A DNA stretch of 64,000 nt, taken from positions 1-64,000 of the forward strand of contig JAXDQS010000006.1 in the NCBI GenBank assembly GCA_034667725.1, given 5' to 3'. Shown piece by piece: positions 59,096-64,000 of the stretch. The notes below the pieces were generated by a model, which saw only the letters and a list, made by a program, of their open reading frames with translations, searched no databases and was not told the DNA's origin. The DNA comes from Thermoplasmata archaeon. Its GTDB lineage: Archaea > Thermoplasmatota > E2 > JACPAO01 > JAHFTW01. The translations under genes and the position numbers were made by a program. Position 1 is the stretch's first letter; the number at the start of each line of letters is the position of its first letter.

Positions 59096-59253
59096 GAGTC
59101 TGAAGCAGAAGTCGTCTTTCCGTTTGGCAATCTGGAGCGTGGCGCCGGCAAGTGGCCGGCCCGCAGGCGTGCTGGAGGCACGGCCAGGGCCGGCCGCGCC
59201 GCCGGCGTTCGGCTCCAGGCAGCCAAACGCCAGACGACTTCTGCGCAAGACTC
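59096..59253. mobile_element. 158-bp palindromic MITE-like element (or rod-shaped ncRNA) flanked by CTA direct repeats
   Basis: Nested stems GAGTCT/AGACTC, GCAGAAGTCGTCT/AGACGACTTCTGC, CGTTTGGC/GCCAAACG, CTGGAGC/GCTCCAG, CGCCGGC/GCCGGCG, GGCCGGCCC/GGGCCGGCC, CGTGC/GCACG; CTA at 59093-59095 and 59254-59256. Confidence 0.6.
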
Positions 59254-60495
59254 CTAGGCCGGCGCGACCTGCATCGGCGCCGCCATCGGCATGGGCGCCG
59301 GCTCAGAGGCAGGGAGGGCGCGGGCGCGGCCGTCGAGGGCGGGCATCGCGTGGCCCGGGAAGTAAGCCACCGTGCGACCCTGGCGGACCACCTGGACGAG
59401 GTTCGCCTGCGTCAGGCGGGTCACGTGCCAGTGGGCGATCGAGGGCGGGATGGCCAGCTGCGCGCACAGGGTCTTCTGCATCATGCCGGGGCGGGCGCGG
59501 ATGGCCTCGGCGACGGCGCGGCTGCGGTCGTTCTGCAGGACGGCGTAGGCCTCCTTCTGGTCGTGGCCGTAGCGGCCGCCGTTCTCGAAGTAGTGGCGGC
59601 CCCGGCCGACGCGGCGGCTCACGATGAGGTGCTGCTGCTCCAAGAGGCGGAGGTGGTGGACGACGGCGGTGCGCGACAGGCCGGTGGCCTCGCCGAGCGC
59701 CTGGAGGCTGATGCCGGGCTCCTGCAGGATGCGGGCGTAGAGCGCCTCGCGGCGCGGGTGGCCGAGGACGGTGTCCTTGCCGAAGCGGGTGAACAGCGGC
59801 GAGGCGTACGGCAGCAGGCGGCGCATCTCGGCCCCGCCCTTGCTGGCGGCCGCGGCGCCCACGGAGCCAGACGAGCCGGCCATCCAGAAGACGGCGAAGG
59901 TGGCCGCGGCGGCGGCGCCGACCGCGATGAGGGTGGCCCCCAGGACCAGGTGGGTCGGGGTGGCGACGGTGACGGCGCCGCCGTCGGTCTCGGCGTCCCC
60001 GGCTTGCTGCTCGCCGGTGGCGGCGAGCGTGGGCAGGGCGCGGCGGGCCTCGTCGGCGGCGCGCTGGGCGCGTTGGGCCAGGTCGAGCACGACATCGACC
60101 GGCAGCTGGGCCAGGACGGTGTCGAGCGAGGCCTGGACCGGGCGGGCCAGGCCGGCTTCGGGCGTGGGTTCGGCGGCCTGGTCCTCGCGGGCGTCGCGGG
60201 ACGGCGGGAGGGGGGACTGGGGCGGGTCCACGGACGGCCCGCTGTCGCGCAGCCAGTGGAAACGGGCCAGGGACACGGGGCCCTGGTTGCCGCCGGGGCT
60301 GCCGCCGTCGCCGGCGCCAGAGCCAGGGTCGGTCCAGCCGAGGAACGTCCAGACCGTGTCGTCCACTTCGCTGGACGCGGAGTCGTAGACCCGGCCCGAC
60401 ACCGGAGCCACGAGGAGCAGGATCAGCAGCCCGGTGGGGATGACCCCCCGGCCCAACCGCTTGAGGAACACGCAGCAAAATCCAGAAGTCCCCAC
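59254..60495 (-). CDS. Membrane-anchored tandem winged-HTH transcriptional regulator
   Basis: Signal-like N-terminus, TM, PLFTR, then two wHTH units (HPRR..I...PG..HHLRLL; I...PG..WHVTRL). Start uncertain. Confidence 0.85.
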   Translation of the reverse strand: MGTSGFCCVFLKRLGRGVIPTGLLILLLVAPVSGRVYDSASSEVDDTVWTFLGWTDPGSGAGDGGSPGGNQGPVSLARFHWLRDSGPSVDPPQSPLPPSRDAREDQAAEPTPEAGLARPVQASLDTVLAQLPVDVVLDLAQRAQRAADEARRALPTLAATGEQQAGDAETDGGAVTVATPTHLVLGATLIAVGAAAAATFAVFWMAGSSGSVGAAAASKGGAEMRRLLPYASPLFTRFGKDTVLGHPRREALYARILQEPGISLQALGEATGLSRTAVVHHLRLLEQQHLIVSRRVGRGRHYFENGGRYGHDQKEAYAVLQNDRSRAVAEAIRARPGMMQKTLCAQLAIPPSIAHWHVTRLTQANLVQVVRQGRTVAYFPGHAMPALDGRARALPASEPAPMPMAAPMQVAPA

Positions 60496-60524
60496 ATAAA
60501 CCGAGTGGTCATGTCCTGAAACTC

Positions 60525-61496
60525 TCAGGAGAGCCTCTCCTGGACGCGGTCCACCAAACCGTCGACCGTGCCTTGCGGCGCATCCAGGACGTCGCGGCTT
60601 GCCGGCGCCGCCGCCTCGGCGGCCGGCGCGTCGCCTCCCCAGAGGCCGGCGACCGCGTCCGCGAGGGCGGCGAAGCCGTCGCCCACCGCCTGGGCGGCAT
60701 CGGCGGCCGTGTCGGCGACCGCGCGGGCCGCTTGCGCGACCCCGTCCACGGCCGTCGCGGCGGTTTGCGCCACGCCGTCGGCGGCCGCGCCGACGGCCTG
60801 GGCGACGCCGTCCACGGCGCCGCCGACGCCTGCGCCGAAGCCGGCGGCAAGCGCGCGCACCGCCGCGCCAACGGCGTCGAGCGCCGCGCCGAGGGCGCCG
60901 GCGGCCGCGTCGAGCGCGGCGCCCACGGCCCCGGCCACGGCGGCCACCATGTCCAGGAGGCCCGTGACCAGGTCGACGACGAACTGCACGAGGAAGGCCG
61001 CGAAGCTCGCGACGGCGGCGACGAGGGCCTCGAGCTGGGACGGCGCGGTGGTGGGATCCGCCACGATCTGCTCGACGGCGGACAAGGTTGCGTTGGCGAG
61101 CGCGCCGGCCTCCGCGGTCACGTTCTGGACGGGCTCGGGCAGGACGGCGGTGGCGTTCTCGGGCTCCTCCTGGGCCGGGGTCGCGTGGCCGGGGGGCGTG
61201 AAGTAGGCGGAGCAGACGGGCTCCAGCACGGGGCCGCCGGTGGCCTCATAGGCGGTCCAGCAGGCGATGTAGCCGGCCTCCTGCGTCTCGTTGGCGACGG
61301 CGTCGGGCGTGGCGGCCTCCTGCGCGTAGGCGGCCGGGTCGGCAAGGGCGCGGGCGGCGTGGTCCTGGACGTGCTCCTGGGCATAGGTGAGCGGGTCGGA
61401 GCCGGGCGCCGGGCCGGGCTGGGCGGCGGCCGCGCACGCGACGGCCAGGAGGAGGGCGGTCAGGCTCCAGGCGGCTCGGGTCCAGGTGTTCAACAT
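60525..61496 (-). CDS. Secreted Ala-rich protein with 11-mer amphipathic repeats
   Basis: Signal peptide; VDGVAQAVGAA / ADGVAQTAATA / VDGVAQAARAV repeats. Confidence 0.72.
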   Translation of the reverse strand: MLNTWTRAAWSLTALLLAVACAAAAQPGPAPGSDPLTYAQEHVQDHAARALADPAAYAQEAATPDAVANETQEAGYIACWTAYEATGGPVLEPVCSAYFTPPGHATPAQEEPENATAVLPEPVQNVTAEAGALANATLSAVEQIVADPTTAPSQLEALVAAVASFAAFLVQFVVDLVTGLLDMVAAVAGAVGAALDAAAGALGAALDAVGAAVRALAAGFGAGVGGAVDGVAQAVGAAADGVAQTAATAVDGVAQAARAVADTAADAAQAVGDGFAALADAVAGLWGGDAPAAEAAAPASRDVLDAPQGTVDGLVDRVQERLS

Positions 61497-61601
61497 CTCG
61501 GAAGCCTCCGCCTGCACCGCCGCCGGCCGGCACATAAGGCGTCGCGTGAGCCCGCTTGAACGACGGAAACCCTCTTGGGCGCCCCCTGGGTCGCGGCGCC
61601 C

Positions 61602-62102
61602 ATGCGCGTCCTGGTGACCGGCCCCCTGAACCCCATCGGCTCCGCCGTCGTCCGGGCCTTGGCCGCGGCGGGCCACCAGGTGCGGGCCTTCGGCGTGCCG
61701 GCCGGCGAGGACCCGTTCCACGGTGTCGCCAACGTCGAGTGCTACCCGGGCCATGTGGCGTTGGGCGGCAGCATCGAGCCCGTCGCCGTGGAGTGCAAGG
61801 CCATCGTCCACTGCGCCGCCTTCGACGCGCCGGGCAAGGACAGGCACGCCCACGCCGTCCACATCGAGCGCGGCGCCCTTTACACCCGCTTCGGCGCCGA
61901 GCGCGACCCGGCCGAGCGCTTCGTCGCGCTGTTCCCCGCCAGCCCCGACCGCGCCTGGCACAAGGTGGTCGCGCAGGCCGAGGGCCACGCGCGCGGCACC
62001 CACCCCATCGTCGCCCACAGCATCCTGCGCGTCGCCGACCCCGACGAGGCTGCCTCCAAGGTGCTGCAAATCCTGGCCCAGCCCATCGTGCGCGCGGCCT
62101 AA
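61602..62102 (+). CDS. Short NAD(P)-binding Rossmann protein, epimerase-like
   Basis: MRVLVTG....IG..V...L...GHQV, IVHCAA; no YxxxK; 166 aa. Confidence 0.7.
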   Translation: MRVLVTGPLNPIGSAVVRALAAAGHQVRAFGVPAGEDPFHGVANVECYPGHVALGGSIEPVAVECKAIVHCAAFDAPGKDRHAHAVHIERGALYTRFGAERDPAERFVALFPASPDRAWHKVVAQAEGHARGTHPIVAHSILRVADPDEAASKVLQILAQPIVRAA

Positions 62103-62473
62103 CGAAGCAGCTCCAGCAGCCAGTCGCCGAGCAGGCCGCCGAGGCACACCGCGCCCAGGCTGGCCGCGGCGCCGCCGAGGCCGCGTGCGAACAGCCCCCA
62201 CGGCGCGCCCCGGTGCCGGAGCCATTCCCACCAGCCCGCCGTCGCGGCCAGCGCCGCCACCGTGGCCAGCGGCAGCGCGCGGGGCCTGTCGGCCCGCAGC
62301 GCCGCCAGGCCGCCGGTGCGCGCGGCCTCGACCACGACGATGCCCAGGCAGGTGCCTGCGGCCAGGGCCGCCAGCACCGCGAGCGCCACTTCTGCAACGT
62401 CGTCGTCCTCGGCAACTGCATGCTTTAGGCCCAAGGCCGCGCCTTCCCCCTTTTTTCCTCCCTTCTCCTCCAA
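62099..62473 (-). CDS. Small membrane protein
   Basis: Three hydrophobic segments; real start probably nearer 62390. Confidence 0.45.
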   Translation of the reverse strand: MEEKGGKKGEGAALGLKHAVAEDDDVAEVALAVLAALAAGTCLGIVVVEAARTGGLAALRADRPRALPLATVAALAATAGWWEWLRHRGAPWGLFARGLGGAAASLGAVCLGGLLGDWLLELLR

Positions 62474-62520
62474 ACGGCTTGCACGGCAACCCTCATAACT
62501 GGCCTGGCGTGGAAAGCGCC

Positions 62521-64000
62521 GTGCCGAAGCTCGTCCTGGTCGATGGGTACGTGGACGAGCCGTCCGCCTTCGGCGTCCCGCCTTACATCTCCCCGCACGC
62601 CCGCTACGCCGCCGGCGCCGCCATCGCCGCCGGGGCCGAGGTCGAGTACCACACCATCGACAGCCTGCGCAAGCGCCCGCAGGAACTGCAAGGCGACGCG
62701 CTCGCGGTGTTGGCGTCGTGCGTCGTGCCCGGCAAGTACCTGCGCGGCAAGCCCATCATGCACCACGAGGCCGTCGAGCTGTTCCGCGACTTCAAGGGCG
62801 AGCGGCTCCTGTATGGCGCCAACGCGGCCTTCGGGTTCGCGGACGACGGCGGCGGCCACGCCACGACGCGCGTCCAGCCCCTCAAGGACCATGTCGACCA
62901 CTTCATCACGCGCGACGGCGACGCCGCCATCGCCGACCTGTTCGCGGGCAAGACCGTGGTCAACCGGTTCCGCACCGCCGATGAATGGGCCAGGCACGCG
63001 GTCGCCGGCGCGCCCGTCGTGGCGCAGCATCCGGACATGGGCGCGGGCATCCTCATGGCCGAGATCGACACCTTCCTCGGCTGCGTCCACTACCTCTCCG
63101 GCGGCTGCGGCTTCTGCAAGGACGCCAAGACCAAGCCGTGGTATCGCGAGGAGGAGGACATCATCGCGGAGGTCGAGACGCTCTACGCCAAGGGCGTCCG
63201 GCATTTCCGGCTTGGTGGCCAGTCCTGCTTCTGGACCTACAAGGCCATCGGCGTGGGATTGACGGACGAGCCTAAACCGAACGTCCCGGCCACCGAGAAG
63301 CTCCTCGTCGGCATCGACGCCGTGGCGCCCGACCGCAAGGTGCTGCACATCGACAACGCCAACCCGGCCGTCCTTGCCACCCACCCCGAGGAGGCTCGCG
63401 CCATCGCCCGCCTTTTGGTCGAGCACGGCACCGACGGCAACATCGCCGCCTTCGGGCTGGAGTCCGCCGACCCGGCCGTGTTCAAGGCCAACAACCTCAA
63501 CGCGACGCCGGAGCAGACCATGGACGCGATCCGCATCCTCAACGAGGAGTCCGGCCACCGCGGCCCCAAGGGACTGCCCTACTGCCTTCCCGGCCTCAAC
63601 CTCCTGTACGGCCTGCCCGGCGAGACCGCGCTCACCTACGAGCTGAACTGGAAGTTCCTCATGGACCTGAAGGCGAGCGGCCTCCGGATCCGCCGCCTCA
63701 ACATCCGCCAGCTGCTGCCCATCCGCGGCCAGAAGGAGACAGTCGCCCCCGAGCTGCGCCACACCTTCCGCACGCACAAGCAGCAGGTGCGCGAGCAGTT
63801 CGACCGCGCCATCCTCCAGCAGGTCGCCCCCGTCGGCACCGTGCTCCGGGACGTCTACCTCGAGGCCCACGAGCCCGGCCTCACCTACGGCCGCCAGATC
63901 GCCACCTACGCGCTCTTGGTCGGCATCCCGTTCGAGACGCCCCTCAACCGGTTCGTCGACGTCATGGTCACCGACCACGGCTACCGCAGCCTGACCGGCG
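62521..64000 (+). CDS. Archaeal radical SAM protein, probably with C-terminal TRAM domain (3' partial)
   Basis: Manual translation: MPKLVLVDGYVDEPSAFGVPPYISP, EIDTFLGCVHYLSGGCGFC, LHIDNANP, GLESAD, PGLNLLYGLPGET, GRQIATY. No stop in window. Confidence 0.88.
   Translation, partial: MPKLVLVDGYVDEPSAFGVPPYISPHARYAAGAAIAAGAEVEYHTIDSLRKRPQELQGDALAVLASCVVPGKYLRGKPIMHHEAVELFRDFKGERLLYGANAAFGFADDGGGHATTRVQPLKDHVDHFITRDGDAAIADLFAGKTVVNRFRTADEWARHAVAGAPVVAQHPDMGAGILMAEIDTFLGCVHYLSGGCGFCKDAKTKPWYREEEDIIAEVETLYAKGVRHFRLGGQSCFWTYKAIGVGLTDEPKPNVPATEKLLVGIDAVAPDRKVLHIDNANPAVLATHPEEARAIARLLVEHGTDGNIAAFGLESADPAVFKANNLNATPEQTMDAIRILNEESGHRGPKGLPYCLPGLNLLYGLPGETALTYELNWKFLMDLKASGLRIRRLNIRQLLPIRGQKETVAPELRHTFRTHKQQVREQFDRAILQQVAPVGTVLRDVYLEAHEPGLTYGRQIATYALLVGIPFETPLNRFVDVMVTDHGYRSLTG

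Noticed and set aside
59096-59253. SRP RNA or tRNA
   Set aside because: No helix-8 GNRA loop with the SRP54-binding motif, too short for archaeal 7S RNA, and no cloverleaf.

Overview
GC-rich archaeal chromosomal segment. Fibrillarin/Nop5, Sec61beta, LonB, archaeal GluRS, PGF-CTERM proteins and TATA-like boxes mark it as archaeal. Housekeeping proteins are not strongly acidic, so it is probably not a haloarchaeon; Thermoplasmatota is my inference. It holds about 50 genes: housekeeping and metabolic genes (acyl-CoA carboxylase subunits, MaoC/CitE, tmk, pyrD, ppdK, thiI-like, gltX, hxlB) and many secreted or membrane-anchored proteins, including a probable S-layer cluster built from a ~213-aa repeat. 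Main points of interest: (1) a volactin-like actin gene co-oriented with a 4-TM protein and an 865-aa protein carrying ~22 tandem 21-23-aa repeats, a candidate cytoskeletal module; (2) a modular palindromic intergenic repeat family at 5 loci plus related hairpins, with one array next to a degenerate GxxExxY/PD-(D/E)XK-like gene; (3) two apparent pseudoenzymes (LonB without its Ser-Lys dyad, endonuclease IV-like fusion without several Zn ligands); (4) a two-domain multicopper oxidase paired with a heme c/heme b membrane protein; (5) a 158-bp palindromic MITE-like element with CTA flanks; (6) a lower-GC HEPN gene insertion. I saw no CRISPR array, rRNA, tRNA or transposase. Family calls come from motif recognition by eye, not database searches.
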